Below are positions 11,960 through 24,593 of a stretch of 64,000 nt of DNA, one piece after another. Source of the stretch: Mobula hypostoma (taxonomy: Eukaryota); the NCBI RefSeq assembly GCF_963921235.1, contig NW_026948140.1, positions 310,001-374,000 of the forward strand, given 5' to 3'. A model generated the notes under the pieces. It did not search any database, had not been told where the DNA came from, and saw only the letters and a list, made by a program, of their open reading frames with translations. The stretch's first letter is position 1; the number at the start of each line of letters is the position of its first letter. The translations under genes were made by a program, and so were the position numbers.

Positions 11960-12940
11960 CACTATGCCATTTTACACGTGGCTCAAATAGTAATCCAGAG
12001 ATTGCTGTCTTTTGGTTCTGCTTTTTAATTTAGTCCCTAGCTGCTGGAATTCCCTCAGCAGAACCTTTTTCCTTGTTCTGTCTATGTCTCTGGTACTCAC
12101 GTGGACCACGACAACTGGATCTTTCCCCTCCCGCTGCAAATTCCTCTGCAGGTCAGATAAGATGTCCCGAACCTGGGCACCAGGCAGACAACACAGCCTT
12201 GGAGAAGCTCTATCCTTTCAACGGAGAACTCTGTCTGTTCCCCTGACTGTACTATCCCCAATTACCAATACATTTCTCGTCTCATCCCCGCCCCCCCCCC
12301 CCCACCAAATGGCTCATTGAACTATGGTGCCACAGTTAGGTTGCTCATCTTTCCTACAACCCCCACTCTCATCCACACAGGAAGCAAGAATTTCAGACTT
12401 GTTAGACAAGCTCGAGGGCTGAGGCTCCTCTAGCACTGTCTCTTGGATCCCACTACCCGCCTCACTCACAGTCACACCCTCTCGGCCCTGAGGACAGACT
12501 GAATTTGAGCAGCTGATCTAATGGCTATGACTATCTCCTGAAACAGGGAATCAGGTAACTCTCCCCCTCCCTGATGTGCCGCGGTGTTTGAAGCTCAGAT
12601 TCCAGGTCATCAACTTTGAGCCTGAGTTCCTCGAGCGTCCGCAGAAGTGGTCACCAGGAACCGCAATGGGGTCCACCAGCTCCCACATCATGCAGCTACA
12701 GCACATTACCTGATCTTGAATCATCCCTACTTTATTTAATTAGCTGTAATTTAGTGACTTTTCATTCAACCACTACAAAAGCCTTATCTGCTATTTACTT
12801 GTGCCTCCTTGCCAAAGCTTTAAGTTCCTGCTCCTACGCTGGTCCACTCACATGATGACCGCTCTGCTTTGACCCTGCTTTACTTTTATTTGCTTCTGCT
12901 AATGAATCGAGAATAAATTGGTCCGCCGCTAATGCTATCA
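11960..12940 (-). mobile_element. Older CR1 5'/ORF1 fragment
   Basis: Esterase-like segment similar to 7100-7400; decayed. Confidence 0.55.
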
Positions 12941-12949
12941 ATTTCTTGA

Positions 12950-13320
12950 ACTTCCAGTAATCACCTCCCTTTGGTGCCCCCCCATTCCCTTTCTTCCATG
13001 GACTTCTGACCTCTCCTATGAGATTCCCACTTCTCCAGCACTTATCTCTTCCCAAGTAACTTCCCAGCTCTTTATTTCACTCTCTCCCTCTCTCCCAGTT
13101 TCACTTATCACCTGCCATCTTGTACTTCTTATCTTCCTATCCAACTTATTCTGACTTCTTCCCCCTTTTTTTCCAGTCTTGATGAAGGGTCTGGGCCTGA
13201 AATGTCGACTGTTTACTCTGTTTACTCATCTGTTTACAGATGACACCTGACTTGTTGAGCTGCTCCAGTGTTTTGTGTGTTCCTCCGGCTTTAGATTTCC
13301 AGCATCTGCAGATTTTCTCA
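12950..13320 (+). mobile_element. Degenerate Penelope-like terminal repeat with decayed hammerhead motif
   Basis: Colinear with 27480-27764 and with the tail at 30378-30414 (tttccagcatctgcaga). Confidence 0.7.
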
Positions 13321-13447
13321 TGGTCACATTTCAATCATTTTCTGGCAGTCTATTTTTCCATTTATACTCTTCATTTTTCTCCTAAAGACATCATGATGCA
13401 GAATGTGGATTATTCCCAAATCATCCAGGGAACAGGGACCGTTGCAG

Positions 13448-13810
13448 ATAGAAACATAGAAACATAGAAATCTACAGCACATTACAGGCCTTTCAGCCCA
13501 CAATGTTGTGCCGACCATGTAACCTACTGTAGAAGCTACCTAGAATTTCTCTACCCCATAGCCCTCTATTTTTCAGGGCTCCATGTACCTATCTAAGAGT
13601 CTTCTTGAAAGACCCTCTTGTATCCGCCTCCACCATCTTCGCTGGCAGTGCATTCCACACACCCAGCACTTTCTGTGTGATAAACTTACCTCTGACATCC
13701 CCCTTGTACCTACTTCCAAGCACCTTAAAACTATGCCCCCTTGTGTTAGCCCTTTCAACCCTGGGGAAAAGCCTCTGTCTATCCACCTGATCAATGCCTC
13801 TGATCATCTT
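13448..13810 (-). mobile_element. CR1 3' fragment
   Basis: (ATAGAAAC)n tail; ORF 13589-13807 (QRLFPR...RGHSFKV). Confidence 0.85.
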
Positions 13811-14445
13811 TCCTCAGGGTGATATGCCAATATGCCATTCCTTACAGACACTCTTCTGTGTGAAAGATTTAGCAATATGCATGAGCCTTGCTGTAGTATA
13901 TGATTACAGCTGTAGTTGGTACCAGCATATACTGTATATGACTACAAATGCCAACTTGAAAACCTCTCAAGGTGTTTGGGGTCTAACCAATTGCTGGAGA
14001 TGTTAGTAGCATGGCATATGACCTGTGGAAAAATCTCAGCATCAGATTCAGTGTCAATCAGATCAAACTGTAGAATAGTGGCCTCTGTCTCAGCTGACCT
14101 GAACAAGGATGCAAGCCCTGTTGACCATGTGCTATGAGCTAGATCACTGGCTTCCACTGATCTTGGGGCAAGTTAAGCAGGGTTCTGGTCAGTAGGGACA
14201 AATTTCCACTGCTCTGGACCAGTTGATCTCCTTATGAGCTACATCCTGTTGTTCACATACACATAGAAGGACCATCCCTAACTGATTATTGGAGTAGTGA
14301 TACCAAATGGATTAAATAGGCTGTCCACTGTAGACAAAACCCCATGTCTTGTGTAGGTATGCTCCACATGTGATACCCGGAAAATGAACACGTCTTTGGT
14401 AACATCCCAACTTACGCCTACACTTCTCTGAATGGGAGTGAAGTT

Positions 14446-17340
14446 AGACCATTAGACAATAAGACATTCGAGCAGAATTAGGCTATTTGGCCATTGTGCC
14501 TGCTCCGCCATTCAAACATGGCTGATCCTTTCTTTTTCTTTTCCTCAGCACAATTTACCGGCCTTCTCACCATAACCTTTGATGCCATGTCCAGTCAAGA
14601 ACCTATCAATCTCTGCCTTAAGTACACCCAACAATCTATCCTACGCAGCTGCATGTGGCAACAAATTCCACAAATTCACCACAATTTGAGTAAAGAAATT
14701 TCCACGTCTCTGTTTTGAAAGGGTGCACTCAATCCTGAGGCTGTGCTCTCTTATCCTAGACTCTCCTACTATGGAAAACATCCTTTACACATCTACTCTG
14801 TCTAGGTCTTTCAACATTCAAAAGGTTTCGATGAGATCCCCCCCTCATCCTTCTAAGATCCAGCAAGTACAGACCCAGAGCCATCAAATATTCATCGTAT
14901 GACAAACCTTTCATTCCTGGAATCATCCTTGTGAACCTCCTCTGGACCCTCTCCAATGCCAGCACATCTCTTCTAAGATGATGAGCCCAAAACTGTACAC
15001 AATACTCAAAGTGAGGCCTCACCAGTGCCTTATAAAGCCTCAGCATCACATCCCTGCTCTTGTATTCTAAACCCCTTGAAATTAATGCTAACATTGCATT
15101 TGCCTTCCTCACCACTAACTCAACCTTCAAGTTAACCTATAGGGTTTTCTGCACAAGGACTCCCAAGTCCCTTTGCATCTCAGATTTTTTGGATTTTCTC
15201 CCGTTTTGAAAATAGTTCGACATTTATTTTTACTACCAAAGTTCATGACCAGGCATTTTCCAACATTATATTTCATTTTCCACTTTCTTGCCCATTCTCC
15301 TAATCTGTCTAAGTGCTTCTGCATCCTATCTGTTTCCTAAACACTACTCGCCCCTCCACCAATCTTCGTATCATCTTGCAAACTTGGCAACAAATCCATC
15401 TATTTCCTTATCTAAATGATTTATATACAGCATAACTGAAGTGGTCCCAACACCGACTACTGTGGAAAACCACTAGTCACTGGCAGCCAGACAGACAAGG
15501 ATCCTTTTATTCTCACTCACTGCCTTCTTCAAATCAGCCAATCCTCTAACCGTCTTAGTAACTTCCTTGTAATACCATGGGCTCCTAATTCGGTAAGCAA
15601 GCTCATGTGTGGCACCTTGTCAAAGGCCTTCTTGAAATCCAAATGTACAACATCCATTGCATCCCCTTTATCTATCCTACTTGTAATCTCCTCAAAGAAC
15701 ACCAACAGGTTCGGCAGACAAGATTTTCCCTGAAAGAAACCATGCTGACTTTGTTCTATCTTGTCCTGTGTCACCAAGTACTCCATCACCTCATCCTTAA
15801 CAATTGACTCCAACATCTTCCCAACCACTCGGGTCAAGCTAACTCATCTATAATTTCCTTTCTGTTGCCTTCCTCCTTTCTTAAAGAGTGGAGTGACATT
15901 TGCAATTTTCCAGTCCTCTGGCACCATGCCAGAGTTCAATAATTTTTGAAGGATCATTTCTAATGCCGCCACAATCTAACACTACCTCTTTCAGAACCCT
16001 AAGATGCAGTTCATCTGGTCCAGGTGACTTATGTACTTTTAGGTCTTTTAGCTTTTTGAGTACCTTCTCCCTTGTACTACTAATTGCACCCACTTCTCTT
16101 CCTTCACACACTACAACATCTGGAATGCTGCTAGTGTCCTCCAGTTAAGATGGATGCAAAATACTCATTTAGTTCATCTGCCACTTCTTTTTCCCCTGTT
16201 ATTATTTCTTCTGCTAATTTTCTAGCAGTCCTATATCCTCTCTCATCGCTCTTTTATATTTTATATACTTTGATAAACCTTTACTATCCACTTTGATATT
16301 ATTTGCTAGCTTGCAATCATATTTCATCTTTTCCCTTCTAATGATTCTTTTAGTTGCTCTCTGTAGGTTTTTAAAAACTTCCCAATCCTCTATCTTCCCA
16401 CTAGTTTTTGCTTTGTTGTATGCCCTCTTTGACTTCCCTTGTCAGCCACAGTTGTACTATTTTGCCATTTGAGTATTACTTCACTTTTGGAATACACATG
16501 ACCTGGACCTTTCTCAATTTTTCCCCGAAATGCACACCATTGCTGCTCTGTTGTCATCCCTGCCAGTATCTCCTTCCAATTTACTTTGGCCAACTCCTCT
16601 CTCATACCACTCTAATTTCCTTTACTCCACTGAAATACTGTTCCATCAGACTGCTTTCTTCACATCAAATTTCAAGCTGAACTCAATCATAAGAGTTATT
16701 TTCATCATAAGGGTTCCTAAGAGTTACTTTATCTTAAGCTCCCTAATCACCTCCAGTTCATTACATAACACCCAGTCCAGTATAGCTAATCCCGTCGTAG
16801 TCTCAATGACAAACTGCTCTAAAAAGCCATCTCTTAGGCATTGAACAAACTCACTCTCTTGAGATCCATTACCAACCTGATTTTCCCAATTGACCTGCAT
16901 GCTAAAATCTCCCATGACTGCCATAACATTGTCCTTTTGACTCGCCTTTTCTATTTCCTGCTGTAACCTGTGGTCCACCTCCCAGCCTCTGTTGGGAGGC
17001 CAGTATATAACTGCCATCAGGGTCATTTTATATTTGCAGTTTCTTAAATCATCCCACAAGGATTCAACGGCTTCCAATCCTATGTCACATCTTTCTACTG
17101 ATTTGATGCCATTCTTTACCAGTAGAGCCACACCTCCCCCTCTGCCTACCTTCCTGTCCCTCCGATACAACGTGTAATATTGGACATTCAGCTCTCAACT
17201 GCAACCATCCTTCAGCCACGATTCAGTGATGGCCACAATATCATACCTGGCAATCCGTAATTGTGCAACAAGATCATTCACATTATTTCTTATACTCCCG
17301 CATTGAGATACACCACCTTGAGTAACGTATATGCTCCCCT
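14446..17340 (-). mobile_element. CR1 ORF2 + 3' UTR (older subfamily), inserted in the BEL relic
   Basis: Endonuclease ORF 16724-17170; RT ORFs 15529-15837 and 14756-15130; agaccattagacaataagac tail. Confidence 0.88.
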
Positions 17341-18373
17341 TTTTGAAGCTGACCCCTGAATCCAGGTCTTTCAACCCTTTCACAAGGTCATCTGGAGGAA
17401 ATGCACTCATGACTTGTTGTAGGTGATTTTGTGCAATAGCAAGCTGGAAAGGACTAGCATGTTTTGGGTGTTTGGAAAGATAGTAATAGCTTCCTTCTGT
17501 GAGCATTTCTTGAGCCTGCATGTAAGTCAAACAAGGTGGCTGCTTGCTTGTTCATGGCTGTTAGGGACTATGGAAGTGGAGTGGTGCTACCCAGCTGTTT
17601 AAGCTATTTTGGTAAAATCCATGATCCGTCACTCAGAAGAAAATAAGGTCATTCATTGAAGGAGCTGGCTTGTAGTCATCCTTTGTATGCACAAAGACAG
17701 ATTCACCAAAAACCACATTGTTGTGAGGTGAAGGCAGGAGAGGTGGGAGGTAGGTAGGAATGACCAAAGCTTTCCTTGATGGCGGGGAGTCATGGGACTG
17801 CAGTGCCCATTTTCTAGAATGCTAGTTCTGAAGATGTTCACAGGTGAGGGCTTGAGTGCATTTAGTGTGCATTGCTTAGATTTCCAGTATCTGCAGATTT
17901 TCTCCTGTTTTGAGATATCTATCTGTTCAATGTGAGTACAAACATGTGAGGGAGCATTCTCTGTTCTTTACCATTTTGATAAAAGGTGCCACGTTATTGT
18001 GAGAAAGGGGAGTCTCTCTTCTGTCGTGCAAGGCTCGCCCGAGTCTTCAGTGTCCACTAATGGCTGGGTATAAGCATAAGTAGACTGGTCTTGAACATAC
18101 TTGTTAGTCCTTTCAGTTAACTGACATGGTGAGTTTGATCTGACATCATCATTCTCAGCTAGCCGCTCCATACCCACCTCAAAGACTTTAGCCTCGGCTA
18201 CATCTGCTCCACCTCTTTTTCATGCTGCAGTGCCTCTAATGTGGTTTCCAGGTTTGTCTCCTCTACTTTTAATTCCACCTGTCTCACTTTAACATCAGTT
18301 TCTCTTTGTGTAAATAATGCCCTACCTAGCATTGCTTTGGCCCTTGTTTGGGTTCCCAGCATTGCCTTGCTTG

Positions 18374-19264
18374 TGTTACGTACCCCGTAACTGGGTTGCC
18401 AAACCAGCAGAAATGGACCACTCAGTTGGAGTCTGGATTACTGGAACTAAGAAAGTTTTATTAAAGAAATAAGCAACACAGTACTCTAATAGTAAGGATA
18501 TAAATGCAACAGGTTAGCAATGAATAAACACACATGTACACAGAACTAGGATAATAGGGTCAATCAGCTCTATCGCAGTCTAGGGGTAAAATGTTCAATC
18601 ACAAGTGACAGAGTTCAGTTTAGTTCAGTTCGCAGTAAGCGCCGTCGTGCCGTTGGGGAGAGAGAGAGTGAATGCTGATATTCAAATCGGATTCAACAGA
18701 CCTTTGATATTCCTCGCAGTTAGCTTTCGGGCGAGCCCTTTGTAATGTCTTCTGAGGTCACCGACTGTGACCCCTCCGTTTCAGATACGATCGTTCCTCT
18801 GCGGTGAACCTGGCACCCAGGCAAGGGTGGACACACACACTAGGTTCCCGCCGACCATATCTTTCCACCCTGTGCGTCTATGGCTGGTCCCGTGATCAGT
18901 CCTTCAGAAACTCCCACCAACTTGTGGGGGCACACCGCTTCCAGGGTCTCGTTACCTCGTGGTGTCGTGTGTGGTGTCTTAGCGAACCTGCCCCTTTTTA
19001 TCCCCCTGCTGGGGTATCGCCTGTCCATCGCACTTCAAACAGTTCAGGGTTCAAAAGGAGCCGGTCTTGACAATACTCAGACTGGTGTCTCCTTCCGTTA
19101 AACTCTCTCGTCTCTTCATTAACATTTCCAAATGCTGCTCCATTGTCTTACTTATCTCTCTCTCCTGAAGACAGGTGGCAGATCAACTGTTGATCCCACT
19201 GGTGCTAGCACAGGACAGTTAACATCTTAGTCTATGTGTACTTTTGTAACCCTCTTTCGTCACA
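18374..19264. mobile_element. Solo LTR (Gypsy-type)
   Basis: TGTTACG...CGTCACA termini; 4-bp TSD CTTG (18370-18373 / 19265-19268); no coding content. Confidence 0.85.
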
Positions 19265-19349
19265 CTTGTCACTGAGCTGCTGAACAATCTAGATGAACAT
19301 AACAATCGAAACTGACCTGGTTTCAAGGCATTTCTTCTCCATTGTGGAC

Positions 19350-20766
19350 TGTCACATACGCCGTGACGGGTTAAAGAACCAGCAGAAATGGAAAACACTT
19401 TGGAGTCCGGTATTGCTATTAACTAATAGGCTGTCTCCAAGAAGAGTCAGAGCCATCTCTATTTCCTGAGGGGACTGAGGTCCTTTAACATCTGTCGGAC
19501 GATGCTGAGGATGTTCTACGAGTCTGTGGTGGCCAGTGCTGTCATGTTTGCTGTTGTGTGCTGGGGCAGCAGGCTGAGAGTAACAGACACCAACAGAATC
19601 AACAAACTCATTCGTAAGGCCAGTGATGTTGTGGGGATGGAACTGGACTCTCTCACAGTGGTGTCTGAAAAGAGGATGCCGTCTAAGTTGCATGCCATCT
19701 TGGACAATGTCTCCCATCCACTACATAATGTACTGGGTAGGCACAGGAGTACATTCAGCCAGAGACTCATTCCTCCAAGATGCAGCACAGAGCGTCATAG
19801 GAAGTCATTCCTGCCTGTGGCCATCAAACTTTACAACTCCTCCCTTGGAGGGTCAGACACCCTGAGCCAATAGGCTGTTCCTGGACTTATTTCATAATTT
19901 ACTGGCATAATTTACATATTACTATTTAACTATTTATGGTTTTATTACTATTTATTATTTATGGTGCAACTGTAATGAGAACCAATTTCCCCCGGGATCA
20001 ATAAAGTATGACTATGACTATGACTAGTGGTATTTATTAGTAACAACACAATACAGTAATAGAAAATCAGATATAGAAAACAGGTTAGCATTGATTATAT
20101 AATTAAGTGTGGAAATATATATAAAAACCAAGCTTCTTCAAGTCTAGAGGTAAATAGATAGTCTTACGAAGATGAGTAAAGTTCAGTTCAGTTCATGGTA
20201 TTGAGTTGAGTAGTGATGGAGAGAGAGAGAGGGAGAGCTTTGAGTGTTCAGGTGAGCTGATGCCGCCGATCTTCCCGTTGCCTTCCGAAGGCCTCTAGAA
20301 GTCACCGACTGTGACCACAGCAAAAGGGACCATTCTTCTGTGGTGGAATTATCAACCCAGGCGAGGGTTGGACACACAAATAACTCCCCACCAGTCACAC
20401 CCTTTTCACACTGCAAGAGCCACTGATTGATCCGCCTGATCGATCCTCCAAAACCCACCTTTTCTGTGGGCACAACAAAGCTCATTTGGTGTCCAAAACC
20501 ATGTGTCTGTAAGTCTATCATCTGACCTATTTATCTCACCGTGTTGAATACTAGCTGTCCATCAACCAGCTCCTCCCTTCTCTCTCTGTAAGAACTTGGA
20601 AGCTGCCAGTGTCCTTGCAGAAGTGTAAACAAACTGTGAGCAATCTTTGCCTCTCTCTCTCTCTCTCTTTCTTTCTCTCTCTTTTTAACAAGGTGTCTGT
20701 GTTCCACAACTCTCTTTCTCTTTTTTGAAAGCACAGTTCATAGGGGTAATTCAGCACCCCATCACA
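19350..20766. mobile_element. Solo LTR related to 18374-19264, containing a Rex1 insertion
   Basis: TGTCAC...ATCACA termini; TSD GGAC (19346-19349 / 20767-20770). Shares aaccagcagaaatgga, gtcaccgactgtgacc and acccaggc..ggg..ggacacac motifs with the first LTR. Confidence 0.85.
19428..20026 (+). mobile_element. Rex1/Babar-like LINE (family 1) 3' fragment
   Basis: ORF 19502-19873 matches the 3' part of ORF 3953-4951; (ATGACT)n tail. Confidence 0.88.
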
Positions 20767-21198
20767 GGACATTTTAGCTTTCTGTCATGTGGGAGCTTGC
20801 AGAATTAATATCTTACCCATCGTAGATGGAATCACTATTGAGAGTGTCTTTTTACTAATCTGCTCGTAGCTAGAAATAAAGTAGCTAACCAAATCGGGGG
20901 GGGTGGGGGTCATAATAACTACACGTGAATTAGAATATGATGCACCCCACAATGCAGTTACAATCATTTTAGAAAATAAACAGACATATCTGTGTTAAAT
21001 ACAGCATGCAAAACAACATCTACATATTAACACATCCCCATCACTGAAGAAGTGGAATATTCTACTGTGCATGGTGGGAAAGGCACCACAAAGGCAACTT
21101 GAGTGTATCAGCTCAGTTTGGGACCTGTTATGAGAAAATACCGGGAAACTCTGCAGTGCATGCTCTCAGTGCAATGGCAGCAGAATGACATATGTGGG

Positions 21199-21237
21199 TG
21201 TGTGTGTGTGTGTGTGTGTGTGTGTTTATGTGTGTGT
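21199..21237. repeat. (TG)n microsatellite
   Basis: Direct dinucleotide run with one interruption. Confidence 0.95.
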
Positions 21238-21843
21238 ATTGCGCTTACCAAGTGCTCTCAGTTACATGGAGTTTCTGGGGGCAATTTGGAAGGCACAGGA
21301 TAGATATATGCCAAAGATGAAGTATTCCAAAGAGAGGGTGACCAACCGTGGCTGACAAAGGAAGTCAAGACAACATGAAAGCCAAAGAGAAGGCATATGA
21401 CAACAGAAAGTAACTAAAAAATGAGATAAGCTAGCCAATAATATTAAAGAGGATACCAAAAGTCATATGCCCTCTCTTTGGCTTTAATGCTGTCTTTGAC
21501 TTCCTTTGTCAGCAACATCCCTCTTATCTAGTCCTTTCAACATTCGGTAGGTTTCCATTACACCTTTTTTTGTTTATTAAGTGCAATGGTGAACAATAGT
21601 CAGATCAGAAATGCTGATCAAGTCACCTAGTTCCCAAAGAGAACTCTGATAGGCCAATCAGATAGGCCACTGCCGCTTAGCGGTAGAACACAAAAAACCA
21701 TATGTACACGTAGCAAGTACATAGAACAGGTACAAGGGTCGCTAGTCCCTGTACCCCAGAAACACACCTGAGCGGTGCGGCTCCACTGTCGCATGACCTG
21801 ATCTGAAAGCATCATGTTGACTCATAACAGATCGTGTTCACGG

Positions 21844-21918
21844 TGGAAATCAGATAGATATCACCACTGCATGGATATTACCTGATGGAAATCAGATAGA
21901 TATCACCACTGCATGGAT
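21844..21918. repeat. Tandem duplication, 42-bp period
   Basis: tggaaatcagatagatatcaccactgcatggat occurs at 21844-21876 and 21886-21918. Confidence 0.9.
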
Positions 21919-22519
21919 GGTAGCTGATTGTGATCTCTCTTCAGACATTATCTGCCTAGTTGTTTACCACATAACATCCAGTATCTCTATCCTGTGTCAA
22001 TAGCCTGACTGTGATCAGAGTAGCAAAAACCACTGTGCTGACCACTAAATGTCATCTCCCACAATTATTTATACAAGTTTTAACTAGGTCAGGAAGTGAT
22101 GTTTTCCTATCTACCTCTCGAACTGCCTTCGATTACCATTGCATTTATCTTCACTGTCCAAATGAGAGTGGCCCATGTATCACCTTGTCACGGTCAGTTT
22201 GACGCTCCACCCTTAGTCTCTCCTCCCATCTCTGCAGCTGCCAGAATTTACAAATGCAGGCCTGAGGTTCTTCTGATGTTTTCTGTTGTGTAAGTTTGCT
22301 TTACATGCCTTCCAGACAGATCATTCTACACACAAGCACATCAAGATAGTACAAAGAAAAACAGAATACAGAAAGAAGTGTTCTAATTGCAGAGAAAGTG
22401 AATTGGATTGGTTTATTATTATCATATGCACCAAGGTACAGTGAAAAGCTTGTCTTGCATACTCTTCACAACGATGAATTCATTAGACAGTACATTGAGG
22501 TAGAACAACATAAAACAAT

Positions 22520-23305
22520 AGGAGAAGTCAGGGGAGTAAGCAGTCAGGACAGGGAACCCCTGAGGCCATTCCCCTCAGTAACAAGAATTACCTCTCTGAG
22601 GGGGTGGCGGGGTGACTTATCAGGGCACAGAAGCAGCAGCCAGATCAATGGAAATGCGGCCAGCCCTGAGGCTCAGCTGAGAAGGGTAAGGTCAGGCAGA
22701 GTGGTAGTGATAGGAGGCTCGATAGTTACAGAGGCGGGGGCGGACAGCAGATTCTGTGGCTGCAAAAGAGAAGCCAGGTTGGGTGTGGCCTCCCAGGTGT
22801 GGAAGTCCAGAATATCTGAGAGCGGCTGCAAAGGATCTCAAGAGGAAAAGTGAAGTGCCGAAGGTTGTGGTGCACACTGGCACCAACGACATAGGTATAA
22901 AGGGAGAAGAGGTCCTGTGCAATGAGAATAAGGAGCGAGGGAAAAGGCTGAACAGCACAATCTCCAAGTCAGTAATTTCTAGGTTCCTCCCAATGCCACC
23001 TGCTAGTCCGGGCAGGGATAGAATGATAGTACAGATGAATGAGTGGCCGAGGAAGTGGTGTAGGGTGCAGGGCTTCAGCTGTCTGGATCATTGGGTTATC
23101 TACAGAAAGGACAGGTAACACCTGAACCTGAGGGAGACCAATATCCTCATGGACAGGTTTGTTAGAGCTGTTGGGGAGGGTTTAAACTGTTGGTAGGTGT
23201 CGGGGGTGGGAACGAGAGTGATAGGGCTGAGGACAGGGTAGTTGGCATACAAATCGATGCAGTGTGTAGTGAGATTGTGAGGAAGGACAGGAAAATGATA
23301 GGGAA
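22520..23305 (+). mobile_element. CR1 ORF1 (SGNH esterase-like) fragment
   Basis: RVVVIGGSIV and VVVHTGTNDIG motifs in ORFs 22398-22853 and 22756-23118. Confidence 0.75.
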
Positions 23306-24593
23306 TATTGCAATCAGGTTTATTATCACCGGCATGTGACGTGAAATTTGTTAACTTAGCAGCAGCAGTTCAATGCAATACAAAATCTAGCAGAGAATAG
23401 ATTTTAAAAAATATTAAAAAACAGAAATGCTGTATATTAAAAAAAGTGAGGTAGAGTCCGAGGGCTCAACGTCCATTTAGGAATTGGATGGTAGAGGGGA
23501 AGAAGCTGTTCCTGAATTGCTGAGTGTGTGCCTTCAGGCTTTTGTACTTCCTAACTGATGGACAGGGAGATTAGCAAGGGCTACTGAGGTGACTTTAAAC
23601 TAGAATGGTTGGGGGGTGGGAATCAAATTAAAGAGGCTAGGCGTGAGGAGGTTAGTTCACAACAGGGGGATGGGAACCAGTGCAGAGAGACAGAGGGGTG
23701 TAAAGTGAGGGTAGAAGCAAAAAGTACTAAGGAGAAAAGTAAAAGTGGCAGGCCGACAAATCCAGGGCAAGCATTAAAAAAGGCCACTTTTCAACATAAT
23801 TGTATAAGGGCTAAGAGAGTTGTAAAAGAGCGCCTGAAGGCTTTGTGTGTCAATGCAGGGAGCATTCGTAATAAGGTGGATGAATTGAAAGTGCAGATTG
23901 TTATTAATGATTATGATATAGTTGGGATCACAGAGACATGGCTCCAGGGTGACCAAGGATGGGAGCTCAACTTTCAGGGATATTCAATATTCAGGAGGGA
24001 TAGACATGAAGGAAGGGGAGGTGGGATGGCGTTGCTGGTTAAAGGAGAGATTAACGCAATAGAAAGGAAGGACATAAGCCAGGAAGATGTGGAATCAATA
24101 TGGGTAGAGCTGCGTAACACTAAGGGGCAGAAGACGCTGATGGGAGTTGTGTACAGGCCACCTAACAGTAGTAGTGAGGTCGGAGATGGTATTAAACAGG
24201 AAATTAGAAATGTGTGCAATAAAGGAACAGCAGTTATAATGGGTGACTTCAATCTACATGTAGATTGGATGAACCAAATTGGTAAAGGTGCTGAGGAAGA
24301 GGATTTCTTGGAATGTATGCGGGATGGTTTTTTGAACCAACATGTCGAGGAACCAACTAGAGAGCAGGCTATTCTAGACTGGGTATTGAGCAATGAGGAA
24401 GGGTTAGTTAGCAATCTTGTCGTGAGAGGCCCCTTGGGTAAGAGTGACCATAATATGGTGGAATTCTTCATTAAGATGGAGAGTGACATAGTTAATTCAG
24501 AAACAAAGGTTCTGAACTTAAAGAGGGGTAACTTTGAAGGTATGAGAGGTGAATTAGCTAAGATAGACTGGCAAATGACACTTAAAGGATTGA

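Larger units (their letters stand above)
13811..19349 (-). mobile_element. Heavily decayed BEL/Pao LTR retrotransposon internal relic, interrupted by a CR1 and a solo LTR
   Basis: Manual minus-strand translation gives gag-like ETTLEALQHEK...AEAKVFE...ERTNKYVQ (~18080-18370); pol FGESVFVHTKDDYKPAPS (~17660-17715); AQEML...VMSAFPPDDLVKGLKDLD (~17360-17520) continuing as PIQRSVGVSWD...GVLSTVDSLFNPFG (~14290-14440); FYVYVNNR and QWKFVPTDQNPA (~14175-14270); FDLIDTESDAEIFPQV...ERFSSW (ORF 13942-14157). Confidence 0.75.

Noticed and set aside
18374..20766. Two similar LTRs as the ends of one TRIM-like element
   Set aside because: They are clearly diverged and each has its own TSD.
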